Positions 9,570 to 20,264 are shown, counted from the first letter of the stretch. The stretch is DNA of 64,000 bases from Verrucomicrobiia bacterium (GCA_035545995.1 DASZXH010000081.1:582-64581); one strand, 5' to 3'. Notes: generated by a model not told the origin, from the letters alone. Numbers and translations: made by a program.

Positions 9570-11033
9570 TCATTGGTCGCCGCCGTTGTTGCCACCGCCA
9601 TTGCCTCCATTACCGCCGCCAAAACCTCCCGGCCCAAAGCCACCACCGCCCCCACGACGGCCACCGCCAAAAAGCTGCCGCATATCCACCGACTGACCGT
9701 TTTGCAATGCGTCAATCGTTGCAGAGATTGTCTGCGACATTTGCTGGTCGTTGGCGTATTGCGATTGAAGTTGATTCAGCAATTGGATGCGGCCATTGAC
9801 CATTTGCGGGTCGGTTGGACTTGCCGCCGCGAACGGTCCGAACCCACCACCGGCGAGTTGCGCCACGACAAATGTTTTCACACGCGCGTCAATGTTCGTG
9901 TTGTTCAGCGTGTCCTTGAACAACGTGTCCGCCTGTGAATTTGCGCCGACGTAATTCAAGATTTGCCGGTCAAGCGTCATTTTGTCGAATTGATTCGTAA
10001 GATTGGAGTTTTGGCTTGCCGCATAAAGCGCGGAAATCGCCTGGTCCTTCAGCACGTCCATCAGGTAATCCAGCGCGTCCTGGTCCAATCGCCCGTCCGC
10101 GCCGACCAGCATTTGTTCGGCATTGGGCGCGAAGGAGGCGTCCTGAAACATTTCCAGCACGCCGAAAAGATAACCTTCGGACAAATTGTCGAGCCGGTCG
10201 GGGTCGTCCACTGCCGGCGGGTTCAACAAAAGTTCCTTGGCGGCGGCGCAGGCGGCGTCCCGATATTTCCCCGGAGCCATTTCATCCAGCACGCGGGCGA
10301 GGTAGGCCACTTCAACGCCGCGCGCGGTGGAACTCAACATTTCCGCCAGCGCCTGCTCTGCTTCCGGCCCGCCAATTTCCTGCAACGCACCGACCAATCC
10401 CAAGCGCAGTGACGGCGGCGCGACCCAATCCGTCCGCAAATTCTGCAAATTGCGAGGACCTCTACGTCCGCCACCGAATCCACCCGCGAATCCGCCTCCA
10501 CCAAATCCGCCGAAACCGCCTTGGCCGAAACCGCCACGATTACGGCGATTGCCGCCACGACCGTTGTTGGCGTTGGTCTGGTCGTTTCCGCCGTTGGCGT
10601 TTGCCGCGACCGTCTCGGCATCATTTGTATTTTGCTCAGGCTGCACACTGTAATCTATGTCCACGTTGCGCCCGATAAATGCACGGATGGCCGGCACTGC
10701 CGCCGGGCCACGTTGCGCAAGACTTTCCAATTTGTAGACTACCATCCGCAGACTGCCGTTGTGCGCGGCGCCAGAACCCAGTTTGAGCGCCAGCAAATCG
10801 TTGATGATGTCCTCCGGTGATTCTTCAACCGGCGCGGACGATTGGGCGGCGGCGATGACGGTCGTATGCGTCACGGCGGGAGCATTGCTTTGAGCGGCTT
10901 CGAGTTGGGCTTTTTCGGCGTTCCACGCGGCTTGCGCGGCTTTCAGTTGCGCCGCTTTCTGGTTGGCAACGACAAAATAAGTCGAGGCGCAGGCGGCGGT
11001 CGCCGCCAACAGGATGATTATCAATGTTTTCAT
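9570..11033 (-). CDS. Secreted/anchored hypothetical protein with Gly/Arg-rich tracts and helical-repeat core
   Basis: MKTLIIILLAATAACAS leader; RGGFGQGGFGG tracts; SLRLGLVGALQEIGG. Confidence 0.75.
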   Translation of the reverse strand: MKTLIIILLAATAACASTYFVVANQKAAQLKAAQAAWNAEKAQLEAAQSNAPAVTHTTVIAAAQSSAPVEESPEDIINDLLALKLGSGAAHNGSLRMVVYKLESLAQRGPAAVPAIRAFIGRNVDIDYSVQPEQNTNDAETVAANANGGNDQTNANNGRGGNRRNRGGFGQGGFGGFGGGGFAGGFGGGRRGPRNLQNLRTDWVAPPSLRLGLVGALQEIGGPEAEQALAEMLSSTARGVEVAYLARVLDEMAPGKYRDAACAAAKELLLNPPAVDDPDRLDNLSEGYLFGVLEMFQDASFAPNAEQMLVGADGRLDQDALDYLMDVLKDQAISALYAASQNSNLTNQFDKMTLDRQILNYVGANSQADTLFKDTLNNTNIDARVKTFVVAQLAGGGFGPFAAASPTDPQMVNGRIQLLNQLQSQYANDQQMSQTISATIDALQNGQSVDMRQLFGGGRRGGGGGFGPGGFGGGNGGNGGGNNGGDQ

Positions 11034-11149
11034 GCGAAATCGGGCTGAACCAAAATGACGACAATTGTAAGACGTTTCGAGACCGGATACAGTTACAAAC
11101 AAGCGCGCTTGAATACCCACCTGTTTGTCGCTATGATAGTTGTTCGCTT

Positions 11150-12823
11150 ATGAGCGATATTGCAACAACCAAATTGACCCACAACGAAGAAATCAAAGCC
11201 GCCATTCCGACGCTCGCCGGCACCATTGCCGTCGCTCTGGCCAACGAAGCCGAAGACCATTTTTCGCAGGATGACTACGAATTTTTGAAGTTTCACGGCA
11301 GCTATCAGCAGGATGACCGCGACCTGCGCAAGACCGGCAAAAAATATATCATGATGGTGCGCGGGCGGATTCCCGGCGGTGTGATGACCGCGAATCAATG
11401 GCGCGTGTTCGACGATTTGTCCGCGCGTTACGGCAACAACACGCTCCGCATCACGACACGCCAGAGCATCCAGTTTCACGGCATCGCCAAAAATAATTTG
11501 CGCAATGTTATCAAAGGCATCAACGAATCGCTGCTTTCAACTTTGTCCGCCTGCGGCGACGTAAACCGGAATGTTCTCGCGCCGCCCACGCCCGCTTACA
11601 CGAAGGCGCGCGAACAGGTTTATGCCGATTGCAAAAAAATCGCGCTGGAAGTTGCGCCGAAAACCATAGCGTATCACGCCATCTGGATCGACGGTGTGCA
11701 GTTGGATTTGAACACGCCCGAAAATAAAAATTTCGTGGACCCGCTCTACGGCAAAACCTATCTGCCGCGCAAATTCAAAATCGCCTTTGCCATTCCGCCG
11801 TCGAATGACATTGACGTTTTGACGAACGACGCGGGCTTCATTGCCATCGTCGAAAACGATCAACTGGTCGGCTACAACGTCGCCGTGGGCGGCGGCATGG
11901 GACGCAGCCACGGCAATCAAGCCACGTATCCGCGCCTTGCCGACGTGCTCGGATTTCTGCCGGCGGAAAAAGTCGTGGACGTGGCGAAAGCCGTTCTCAC
12001 GATTCACCGCGATTTCGGCGACCGCACCGACCGTAAACACGCGCGGCTCAAATACGTCATCGCCGAACGCGGCGTGGATTGGGCGCGCGCGGAAATCGAG
12101 CAGCGCGCGGAAATCAAATTGCAGCCCGCGCGAGAATTCAAATTCACGACGACTAGCGATTTGCTCGGCTGGCATAAATCCGTGGATGGAAAAAATTTCT
12201 TCACGTTATTCGTCGAAACCGGCCGCGTGAAAGACGCCAAGAAAATCGCGCTGCGCGAAATCGCGGAAACACTGCCGCACCTCGAATTTCGCCTGACGAC
12301 GAATCAAAATTTGATTCTGGCGAACGTTGACCACCACGAAAAAGTCGCCGTCAACGCCATTTTGGCCAAACACGGTGTCGCGATTGAAAATCAGGCCAGC
12401 ATTTTGCACGCGGCGGCGATGGCTTGTCCCGCTCTGCCCACCTGCGGCCTCGCGCTCGCCGAAAGCGAACGCATGTTGCCCGGTCTCGTTGACCGCATCG
12501 AAAAATTGTGCGCCGAAGTCGGACTCGCCGGCGAAGAAATCATCATCCGCTCCACCGGCTGTCCGAACGGCTGCGCGCGGCCTTACGTCGCGGAAATCGC
12601 CTTCGTCGGCAAAGCACCCGGACGCTATCAAATCTGGCTCGGCGCGAACACCGCCGGCACGCGTATGAATCGCATTTGGAAAGACGTTGTGAAAGACCCG
12701 GACATCGAAAACGAATTGCGCCCGGTGCTGCTGCGCTTCGCCAAAGAACGCCATTCCGGCGAACGCTTCGGCGATTGGTGCGAGCGAATTTTTTTGAAAG
12801 AACAATCTGTTGCTACAAATTGA
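11150..12823 (+). CDS. cysI: Assimilatory sulfite reductase hemoprotein subunit
   Basis: LKFHGSYQQDDRD, TYLPRKFKI, ACPALPTCGLA and TGCPNGCAR siroheme/4Fe-4S motifs. Confidence 0.95.
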   Translation: MSDIATTKLTHNEEIKAAIPTLAGTIAVALANEAEDHFSQDDYEFLKFHGSYQQDDRDLRKTGKKYIMMVRGRIPGGVMTANQWRVFDDLSARYGNNTLRITTRQSIQFHGIAKNNLRNVIKGINESLLSTLSACGDVNRNVLAPPTPAYTKAREQVYADCKKIALEVAPKTIAYHAIWIDGVQLDLNTPENKNFVDPLYGKTYLPRKFKIAFAIPPSNDIDVLTNDAGFIAIVENDQLVGYNVAVGGGMGRSHGNQATYPRLADVLGFLPAEKVVDVAKAVLTIHRDFGDRTDRKHARLKYVIAERGVDWARAEIEQRAEIKLQPAREFKFTTTSDLLGWHKSVDGKNFFTLFVETGRVKDAKKIALREIAETLPHLEFRLTTNQNLILANVDHHEKVAVNAILAKHGVAIENQASILHAAAMACPALPTCGLALAESERMLPGLVDRIEKLCAEVGLAGEEIIIRSTGCPNGCARPYVAEIAFVGKAPGRYQIWLGANTAGTRMNRIWKDVVKDPDIENELRPVLLRFAKERHSGERFGDWCERIFLKEQSVATN

Positions 12824-12829
12824 TTTGAA

Positions 12830-13483
12830 ATGACCGCCGAACAAATTTCTAAAACGAACGCGGAATTACGTTCCAAATCGCCGCTCGAAATCGTGAAGTG
12901 GGCGATTGCTCAAGCCAAAGGCCGCGCGATTGTCTCGACGAATTTTCGTCCTTACGAAGCGGTGATTTTGCATCTGTGCGTGCAAGTCCAACCGGACATT
13001 CCGGTTTTGTGGGTTGACCACGGCTACAACCGTCCGGCGACTTACCAACACGCCGAGCAATTAAAAAAATTACTCAAGCTGAATCTCAAGCCGTATTTGC
13101 CAAAAATTTCCGCCGCGCATCGCGACGCGATTTATGGCGAAATTCCCACACCAGACGACGAGGACGGCCTGAAAAAATTCAGCGCGCTGATGAAACTCGA
13201 ACCGTTCCAGCGCGGCATGAAGGAACTCGCACCAACGGTCTGGATTACCGCGTTGCGAAAAATTCAAAACCCGAATCGCGCGGAACTGGATATTGTGAGC
13301 GAAGATAAAAATTTCGGCGCGTTGAAAGTCAGCCCGGTTTTTTATTGGGGCGATGCGGATATGGAAAATTATTTGAAGCAAAATAATTTGCCAAACGAAT
13401 GGGATTATTTTGACCCGGCCAAAGCCGATGAAAAACGCGAGTGCGGCCTGCACGCGAACTGGGGCGGAAAAGCGGTTGCATAA
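12830..13483 (+). CDS. cysH: PAPS/APS reductase
   Basis: VLWVDHGY, C-terminal KRECGLH. Confidence 0.9.
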   Translation: MTAEQISKTNAELRSKSPLEIVKWAIAQAKGRAIVSTNFRPYEAVILHLCVQVQPDIPVLWVDHGYNRPATYQHAEQLKKLLKLNLKPYLPKISAAHRDAIYGEIPTPDDEDGLKKFSALMKLEPFQRGMKELAPTVWITALRKIQNPNRAELDIVSEDKNFGALKVSPVFYWGDADMENYLKQNNLPNEWDYFDPAKADEKRECGLHANWGGKAVA

Positions 13484-13490
13484 CAGAATT

Positions 13491-13559
13491 TATCCGCAGA
13501 TGCCGCAGATTTCACAGATTTGAATTTTTATCTGCGTCCATCTGCATTAATCTGTGGAC
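13491..13559. repeat. Intergenic palindrome (CGCAGAT/ATCTGYG family)
   Basis: tccgcagatgccgcagatttcacagat...atctgcgtccatctgcattaatctgtgga. Confidence 0.8.
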
Positions 13560-13564
13560 ACAAG

Positions 13565-14467
13565 ATGAGTTCGTATCATTTGGATCATTTACAGTATTTG
13601 GAAACGGAAGCGATTCACATCATGCGTGAAGTTGCGGCGGAATTCGAGCGTCCGGCCATTTTATTTTCCGGCGGCAAGGATTCCATCTGCCTGCTGCGGC
13701 TCGCGGAAAAAGCGTTTCGCCCGTCCGACATTCCGATGCCATTGCTCAACGTGGACACCGGCCATCATTTTCCCGAATTAAATGAATTCCGCGACAAGCG
13801 CGCCAAAGAACTCGGCGCGAAATTGATTGTTCGCAAAGTTGAAGACGCCATCAAAAATGGAATCGCCGTTCCGAATCCCGGCGAAATCAGCCGCAACAAA
13901 TTGCAAATTCCAACATTGCTCGCGGCGGTTGAAGAATTTCAATTTGATTGCCTGATTGGCGGCGCGCGGCGCGACGAAGAAAAAGCGCGCGCGAAAGAAA
14001 GATTTTTTTCCTTCCGCGATTCATTCGGCCAATGGGATCCGAAAAATCAGCGGCCAGAAATCTGGAATCTTTACAACGCGCGCGTGAATCCCGGCGAACA
14101 CATGCGCGTGTTTCCGTTGAGCAATTGGACGGAGATGGACGTTTGGGAATACATCAAAAAAGAAAAGCTCGCCGTGCCGACGATTTATTTCAGCCACAAG
14201 CGTCAATGTGTCCGGCGCAACGACCAATGGCTGCCGGTCACGGATTTGCTGCCGCCCAAGCCGAAGGAAAAAGTGCAGGAACTCGTCGTGCGTGTGCGCA
14301 CGATTGGCGACATCATCAGCACCGGCATGGTGGAATCGCCGGCGGATTCGGTGGATGACATTATCGCGGAAATCGCCGCCGCGCGCGTGACCGAACGCGG
14401 CTCGCGCGCCGATGACAAGGCCAGTGAAGCGGCGATGGAGGACCGAAAAAAAGCGGGCTATTTTTAA
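13565..14467 (+). CDS. cysD: Sulfate adenylyltransferase subunit 2
   Basis: LFSGGKDS, GGARRDEEKARAKER, WDPKNQRPEIW, AMEDRKKAGYF. Confidence 0.97.
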   Translation: MSSYHLDHLQYLETEAIHIMREVAAEFERPAILFSGGKDSICLLRLAEKAFRPSDIPMPLLNVDTGHHFPELNEFRDKRAKELGAKLIVRKVEDAIKNGIAVPNPGEISRNKLQIPTLLAAVEEFQFDCLIGGARRDEEKARAKERFFSFRDSFGQWDPKNQRPEIWNLYNARVNPGEHMRVFPLSNWTEMDVWEYIKKEKLAVPTIYFSHKRQCVRRNDQWLPVTDLLPPKPKEKVQELVVRVRTIGDIISTGMVESPADSVDDIIAEIAAARVTERGSRADDKASEAAMEDRKKAGYF

Positions 14468-14511
14468 GAATGCTTTAAAACTCAAGTATCTCAGGAAAAA
14501 CTCTAAATTTC

Positions 14512-15846
14512 ATGGGCACTTGGTCACGAAATTTTCTGATTCCAAAAGCTAATCCAGCCATTGTACGGGAATGTTTTGTAAAATGGATGGAGCGAAGAGG
14601 CTTCGATTTGATGAAGCGTCCGCCACTGTTTGAGTGTACGAAGGACGAAGAACGAATCGCGTTTCTATTTTCGAATGCAGAATGGACAATCTTGATTTAC
14701 GACGAGGCGTTTCCTGAAGGCGACCGGATTTTGGCGGAGTTGGATGATTATCCAGTGTTACTTGAAGTATGGATTGGTGACAGTGATCATTGGGGTTACG
14801 CACTCTACGAAAAAGGGAAATTTTCGGCTGGTTGCACACTTAATCAAGAATACGCCGAGTCAAGTTCCAAGCCGCCAGCTACATCGGAAGATGCAGGCAA
14901 GATCTGTAAAATCCTTGGCTTCGAGGATCGTCTGGCAGACGTGAAAAGAGCACAACGCAAATGGCATCTTTTTTCTGATATTCCATGCGAGCGTTTCTGT
15001 CAAACAATCGGAGCTTTGCCTGCCGTGCTTCCCGCCAAAGACATCGAAGGCTGGAACGCCGGTAGGCTTGAGTCTTGCGAAATTGCTGGTTGGAAAATTG
15101 AACCGCTTCTTTTCGAGAAACGGAAATTGCTGGGACATGAAGGTAACGAACCGATTCTTCACGCTTTAGCCACACGGTCATTTTCACCGCGCGAATCTCG
15201 TTCGCAAGTTGATCCAGAATTCGTCAAGCAAATGCAAAGAAATGTGCAAGTAATGGTTTGGCTGCTTCGCCCGATTGGCTGGTTACTTGCCGCTCCATTT
15301 TTGATTCAAATATGGTTGCACAAACTTGGAATCAAGAAGCCAGCAAAGTTGAAGGCTGGTCAGGAAATTCTCAGCGTAATCCTTACAGCGGAACTCCCGT
15401 GGCACTGGGATGGTTCATGGCTCGTAAATAAACGACATGGTTGCCGAATACGCGCACCGAAGCCAAACGAAGACGACAAAGCTTTACTATTCGCCCATGG
15501 CGTCTTCCGGTTTTTCGTAGGCGAAATTGAGATGTCATGTTTTGCTGTACATCCGACTTCAATACGTCGAGTTTTTGATTTGCGACCAAAAGAAACAGTT
15601 CTAAAAGATGAAAGTTTTCTTGTTGGAAATTTTCCTGCGCGAATTCTTGTAAAACAAACAACAGAGAGAGACGGCGCAAACTACCACTATTTTTGGTTTG
15701 TGGAACTTCCCAGAGCCATTTATCAGTTCAGCGTTTTTCAAAAAGCAGAATTACCGCAAAGCAAAGCTGACCAAATTACAGAAGTGGTAAAATCATTTGA
15801 GGTATTCTCTGAAATCCAAAATCCGGACTCGCCTGCATTTGAATAA
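14512..15846 (+). CDS. Hypothetical protein inserted between cysD and cysN
   Basis: 444-aa ORF, one hydrophobic segment, codon style unlike the cys genes. Confidence 0.75.
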   Translation: MGTWSRNFLIPKANPAIVRECFVKWMERRGFDLMKRPPLFECTKDEERIAFLFSNAEWTILIYDEAFPEGDRILAELDDYPVLLEVWIGDSDHWGYALYEKGKFSAGCTLNQEYAESSSKPPATSEDAGKICKILGFEDRLADVKRAQRKWHLFSDIPCERFCQTIGALPAVLPAKDIEGWNAGRLESCEIAGWKIEPLLFEKRKLLGHEGNEPILHALATRSFSPRESRSQVDPEFVKQMQRNVQVMVWLLRPIGWLLAAPFLIQIWLHKLGIKKPAKLKAGQEILSVILTAELPWHWDGSWLVNKRHGCRIRAPKPNEDDKALLFAHGVFRFFVGEIEMSCFAVHPTSIRRVFDLRPKETVLKDESFLVGNFPARILVKQTTERDGANYHYFWFVELPRAIYQFSVFQKAELPQSKADQITEVVKSFEVFSEIQNPDSPAFE

Positions 15847-15918
15847 ATACATCAAATCTTCGAATCAGTTTTGGCTTGGTTGACGCTAAACAGTAATTAC
15901 AATTTGCTATTTATTGCA

Positions 15919-17238
15919 ATGCCCCATACGCAACATCCCATTGAAATTTTGCGCTTCAACACTTGCGGCAGTGTTGACGACGGCAAGTCCACGCTCATCG
16001 GCCGGTTGCTTTACGATTCCAAGTCACTGATGGAAGACCAGATTGAAGCGCTCGAACGCAGCGCGGACATCACCGGCGGCGGACAAATCAATCTGGCGAA
16101 TTTGACCGACGGCTTGCGCGCCGAACGCGAACAGGGAATTACAATTGACGTCGCGTATCGCTATTTTGCGACGCCGAAACGCAAATTTATCGTCGCCGAC
16201 ACGCCCGGTCATGTGCAATACACTCGAAACATGGTCACGGGCGCGAGCACGGCGAATCTTTCCATCGTGCTCGTGGACGCGCGGCAAGGCGTCATCGAGC
16301 AAACGCGGCGGCATATTTACATCGCGGCGCTGCTCGGCATTCCGCACCTCGTCATCGCCATCAATAAAATGGATTTGGTGGATTGGAGCGAGGAGCGATT
16401 CGAGGAAATCCGCGACGAAATTGAAGATTTTCTGCCGAAGCTGGACGTTTTCCGCGACGTGAAGTTCATTCCCATCAGCGCGCTCAACGGTGACAACGTT
16501 GTGGACGCTTCCAAACAAACGCCGTGGTATCCCGGCCCGACGTTGCTCGCGCATCTGGAAACCGTCCATATCGCGAGCGATTGGAATTTGAACACGCTGC
16601 GGTTTCCGGTGCAATGGGTGAATCGTCCGAACAATCCGACGGACAAAAAACTGCACGACTTTCGCGGCTTGAGCGGGCAAATCGCCAGCGGCATCGTGCG
16701 GCAAGGTCAGGAAGTCATCGTGCTGCCTGCTGGAATCAAAACGACCATCAAGGATATTTGGACTTACGACGGTTCGCTGGCCGAAGCGTTTTGCCCGCAA
16801 TCGGTGACGCTGTGCCTCGCGCACGACATTGACGTGAGCCGCGGCGACATGATTGTCGGTCTGGAAAATCTGCCCGGCCACAGCGCGGAATTGCACGCGC
16901 GCATTTGCTGGATGCACTCGCGTCCGTTGCAAACCGGCAAAAAGTATTTTCTCAAGCACGCCACGCAAACGGTTCAGGCCGTCGTGACGCAAATCGAAAA
17001 TCGCGTTAACATGGAGACACTTGAACCGGAACCCAACCCGACCGCGCTGGCGATGAACGACATTGGCTCAATCCGTTTGAAAATTTCCAAACCAACCGTC
17101 TTCGATGGCTACTCGACGAATCGTCTGACCGGCTCGTTCATTTTGATTGAGCAAGGCTCGAATGCAACGGTCGCCGCCGGAATGTTGTTCCCGCCGACCG
17201 AAGCCGTGAAACCGGAATATACGGATTTTGCGATTTGA
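15919..17238 (+). CDS. cysN: Sulfate adenylyltransferase subunit 1 (GTPase), no CysC fusion
   Basis: CGSVDDGKSTLIGRLL, EREQGITIDVAYRYF, ADTPGH, NKMD. Confidence 0.96.
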   Translation: MPHTQHPIEILRFNTCGSVDDGKSTLIGRLLYDSKSLMEDQIEALERSADITGGGQINLANLTDGLRAEREQGITIDVAYRYFATPKRKFIVADTPGHVQYTRNMVTGASTANLSIVLVDARQGVIEQTRRHIYIAALLGIPHLVIAINKMDLVDWSEERFEEIRDEIEDFLPKLDVFRDVKFIPISALNGDNVVDASKQTPWYPGPTLLAHLETVHIASDWNLNTLRFPVQWVNRPNNPTDKKLHDFRGLSGQIASGIVRQGQEVIVLPAGIKTTIKDIWTYDGSLAEAFCPQSVTLCLAHDIDVSRGDMIVGLENLPGHSAELHARICWMHSRPLQTGKKYFLKHATQTVQAVVTQIENRVNMETLEPEPNPTALAMNDIGSIRLKISKPTVFDGYSTNRLTGSFILIEQGSNATVAAGMLFPPTEAVKPEYTDFAI

Positions 17239-17252
17239 AGCCGAAAGTTTGA

Positions 17253-17284
17253 TTGCAAGAGCCGAATTATTCCGGCTCTTGCAA
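17253..17284. terminator. Hairpin between convergent cysN and fusA
   Basis: ttgcaagagccg-aattattc-cggctcttgcaa. Confidence 0.75.
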
Positions 17285-17300
17285 TGCAAAAGGAGAATTT

Positions 17301-19487
17301 TTAGGTGCGCGCCGCAGGTTTTTTAGCCGCTTGGTCCAAAATCGTTGTCAACACGCTGTTCGGCACTTGCTCGAACGTCAACGGTTCCATCGAATAGCTC
17401 GCCCGGCCTTTGGACAACGAGCGAATTGCCGTGGCGTAACCGAACATTTCGGCCAGCGGCACTTGCGCGTTCACAATCGTTTGTCCCTGCTTCGCTTCGA
17501 TGTTGATAATCATTCCGCGGCGGCGCGTGATGTCGCCGATCAAATCGCCTTGATATTCGTCGGGCGTGGTCAATTCGACTTTCATGATCGGCTCGAGCAA
17601 AATCGGATTCGCTTTTTTGAAAGCGTCTTTGAGCGCGAAAATGCCCGCCATCTTGAACGCGAGTTCGTTCGAGTCCACTTCGTGAAACGTGCCATCCACG
17701 ACTTGCACTTTCACGTCAATGACCTGATAGCCCGCATAAACTCCGCCTTTGATGGCTTCCTCGATGCCGTCAATGACCGCCGGAATGTATTCCTTCGGAA
17801 TCGCACCGCCGACGATTTCATTTTCAATCTCAATGCCTTTGCCCTTTTCGTTTGGTTGAATCTTGATGAGCGCGTGGCCGTATTGACCGCGACCGCCGGA
17901 TTGACGGATGAATTTGCCTTCGCCGTCCGCCGGTTTGGTGATGGTTTCGCGATACGCGATTTGCGGCGCGCCGGTGTTGGCCTCGACCTTGAATTCGCGC
18001 TTCAAACGGTCGGTGATGATTTCCAAATGCAATTCGCCCATGCCCGCGATGATGAGCTGGCCCGTTTCCTCGTTCGTGAACATGCGGAACGTCGGGTCTT
18101 CCTCGGCAAGGCGTTGCAAGCCTTCGGACATTTTGTCGCGGTCTTGCTTCGTCTTCGGCTCGACAGCCATAGAAATGACCGGCTCTGGAAACGTCGGCGG
18201 TTCGAGCGTCACGTCAAAACTTTCGTCGCAAAGCGTGTCGCCGGTCGTAATGTTGCGCAAACCAACGAGCGCGGCGATGTCGCCGGAATAAACCGAATCA
18301 ATGTCTTTGCGTTCGCTGCCTTGAATGATCATCAGTCGGCTGACGCGCTCGCGTTTGCGCGTGCGCGGATTGTAAATCGTGTCGCCTTTTTTCAACTGGC
18401 CGGAATAGACGCGGAAGAAAACCAATTTGCCCGCGTAAGGGTCGGTCCACAATTTGAACGCGAGCGAACAGAATTTTCCATTGTCGTCCGTCGGCACTTG
18501 AACTTTGTTTTCAGTTCCCGGCTCATGGCCTTCGGCGGGCGGAATATCGAGTGGACTCGGCAAATAATCAACGACTGCGTCCACGAGAACTTGCACGGCT
18601 TTCTTTTTGAACGCCGAACCGCACAAAACCGGAACGAGTTCGATTTTGCAGGTCAAACGGCGAATGGCCGCTTTCAAGACTTGCGGCGTGATTGGCTTGT
18701 CTTCGAGAACCAATTCGGCAATCGCGTCGTCTTTGTTCGAGACGGCGTCAATCAGTTCCGCGAGCGCGGCCTTCGCTTTTTCTTTCAAGCCGTCGCGAAT
18801 TTCTTTGATTTCGTAATTGAGACCTTCGTTGGCAACGTCGCCCGGTCCCCAAACGATTTCCTTTTGGTTCACGACGTCAACGACGCCTTCAAATTTGTCT
18901 TCCGCGCCGATGGGCAGGAAAATCGGAAACGCGTACGCGCGCAATTTCGTGCGCATGTCGTTCAGCGCATTTTCAAAATTCGCGCCCGTGCGATCCATTT
19001 TATTCACGAATGCGATGCGCGGCACTTTGTATTTCGTCGCCTGACGCCAGACCGTTTCTGATTGCGGCTGCACGCCCGCGACACCGCAGAACACGGCGAC
19101 CGCGCCGTCCAGCACGCGCATCGAGCGCTCAACTTCCGCCGTGAAATCCACGTGGCCGGGAGTATCAATGATGTTGATGCGATGCGGAACGTCTTTGAAC
19201 GCTTTATAAAGTTGGTCTTCACCCGGCTTCGTCGATTTTTGCGTCCAGAAACAAGTGACGGCGGCGGATGTAATTGTAATGCCGCGTTCCCTTTCCTGCT
19301 CCATCCAATCGGTCACAGTATTGCCGTCGTCCACGTCGCCGATTTTGTGGATGAGGCCGGTGTAAAAGAGGATGCGCTCGGTCGTCGTCGTTTTGCCCGC
19401 GTCAATGTGCGCGGCGATGCCGATGTTGCGCGTGCGCTCCAACGTGTATTCACGTTTGGGTGAATTCAATGATTTGGCGTCTGACAT
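17301..19487 (-). CDS. fusA: Elongation factor G
   Basis: RNIGIAAHIDAGKTTTTERIL, DTPGHVDF, GMGELHLEI, RQSGGRGQYGH. Confidence 0.98.
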   Translation of the reverse strand: MSDAKSLNSPKREYTLERTRNIGIAAHIDAGKTTTTERILFYTGLIHKIGDVDDGNTVTDWMEQERERGITITSAAVTCFWTQKSTKPGEDQLYKAFKDVPHRINIIDTPGHVDFTAEVERSMRVLDGAVAVFCGVAGVQPQSETVWRQATKYKVPRIAFVNKMDRTGANFENALNDMRTKLRAYAFPIFLPIGAEDKFEGVVDVVNQKEIVWGPGDVANEGLNYEIKEIRDGLKEKAKAALAELIDAVSNKDDAIAELVLEDKPITPQVLKAAIRRLTCKIELVPVLCGSAFKKKAVQVLVDAVVDYLPSPLDIPPAEGHEPGTENKVQVPTDDNGKFCSLAFKLWTDPYAGKLVFFRVYSGQLKKGDTIYNPRTRKRERVSRLMIIQGSERKDIDSVYSGDIAALVGLRNITTGDTLCDESFDVTLEPPTFPEPVISMAVEPKTKQDRDKMSEGLQRLAEEDPTFRMFTNEETGQLIIAGMGELHLEIITDRLKREFKVEANTGAPQIAYRETITKPADGEGKFIRQSGGRGQYGHALIKIQPNEKGKGIEIENEIVGGAIPKEYIPAVIDGIEEAIKGGVYAGYQVIDVKVQVVDGTFHEVDSNELAFKMAGIFALKDAFKKANPILLEPIMKVELTTPDEYQGDLIGDITRRRGMIINIEAKQGQTIVNAQVPLAEMFGYATAIRSLSKGRASYSMEPLTFEQVPNSVLTTILDQAAKKPAART

Positions 19488-19889
19488 AAAATCTAACTTT
19501 CTACTACAATTTTCTTAAATGGCAAAATTTCTGCCGTTAATGACAAAAAGGAGCGTGGATAATACGCGAGAAAACTGCCGAGGCAATCAATTTCTAAACG
19601 AAATTCGGGTGTCGCAATCGCTTTGCGCAAGATGCCGGACATTGAAAACTGCTTGTCAGCTCCGATTTACAAGCAGCCGCGAAGGTGTCAACAACATCAA
19701 CCCTGATTCAGCGCCAGCGACAAATTATCGCCCACTGAAGCCACGGCATTTTTGTTGTTGTTGAGATTCATCATTTCAGCAGCGGATGCGCTGTCACAAA
19801 CCACCCTACGCTGCCGAGAAAACAAAATGACATAAATCGAAGGGAATTTCAAATTGGAAAAATTTCGCAAAAAAGCTGGATGGCTGAAA

Positions 19890-20180
19890 TTAGGCGCTTT
19901 TTGGCTTTCGTTTCCGCGCCATTGATTTTTTGATTCGCTCCAGTCGTTTGGCGTCTGCTTCCGGCAAGCCGTCTAATAACCGATTCGGGCTGGTTTCCAA
20001 CGCTTGGCTGATTTTGAAGAACGTCAAGATGGACGCAGGAAATTTTCCGTTCTCGACATAGCTCACCGTCTGCCAATGAACGCCCGCTAACTCGGCAAGA
20101 CATTCTTGCGTGAGATTGGCGCGCAAGCGCGCCGCTTTCACATTCTGGCCGATTTGCCGTAAAATTTGGCGTTCTGTCAC
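19890..20180 (-). CDS. XRE-family HTH regulator (module 1)
   Basis: IGQNVKAARLRANLTQECLAELAGVHWQTVSYVENG. Confidence 0.88.
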   Translation of the reverse strand: MTERQILRQIGQNVKAARLRANLTQECLAELAGVHWQTVSYVENGKFPASILTFFKISQALETSPNRLLDGLPEADAKRLERIKKSMARKRKPKSA

Positions 20181-20210
20181 TATTCATTGTAGGCAAGATT
20201 TCGTTTCTAT

Positions 20211-20240
20211 TTGACATCGAATATATTCGATGTTAATAAT
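20211..20240 (+). promoter_or_regulatory. Sigma-70-like promoter overlapped by a perfect 20-bp palindromic operator
   Basis: TTGACA at 20211, AATAAT at 20235; palindrome ACATCGAATATATTCGATGT 20214-20233. Confidence 0.7.
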
Positions 20241-20264
20241 GACCGTCGTTGCAATTGATCCGCC

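Noticed and set aside
13491..13559. CRISPR-like periodicity here and at 49983-50129 and 61581-61654
   Set aside because: Short inverted units with no unique spacers and no cas genes
17253..19061. 602-aa plus-strand ORF and other long antisense ORFs (16024-16992, 21313-22380, 49131-50012, 59189-60076)
   Set aside because: Shadow frames opposite fusA, cysN, rpsG/rpsL, pstA and shc, with no recognisable motifs
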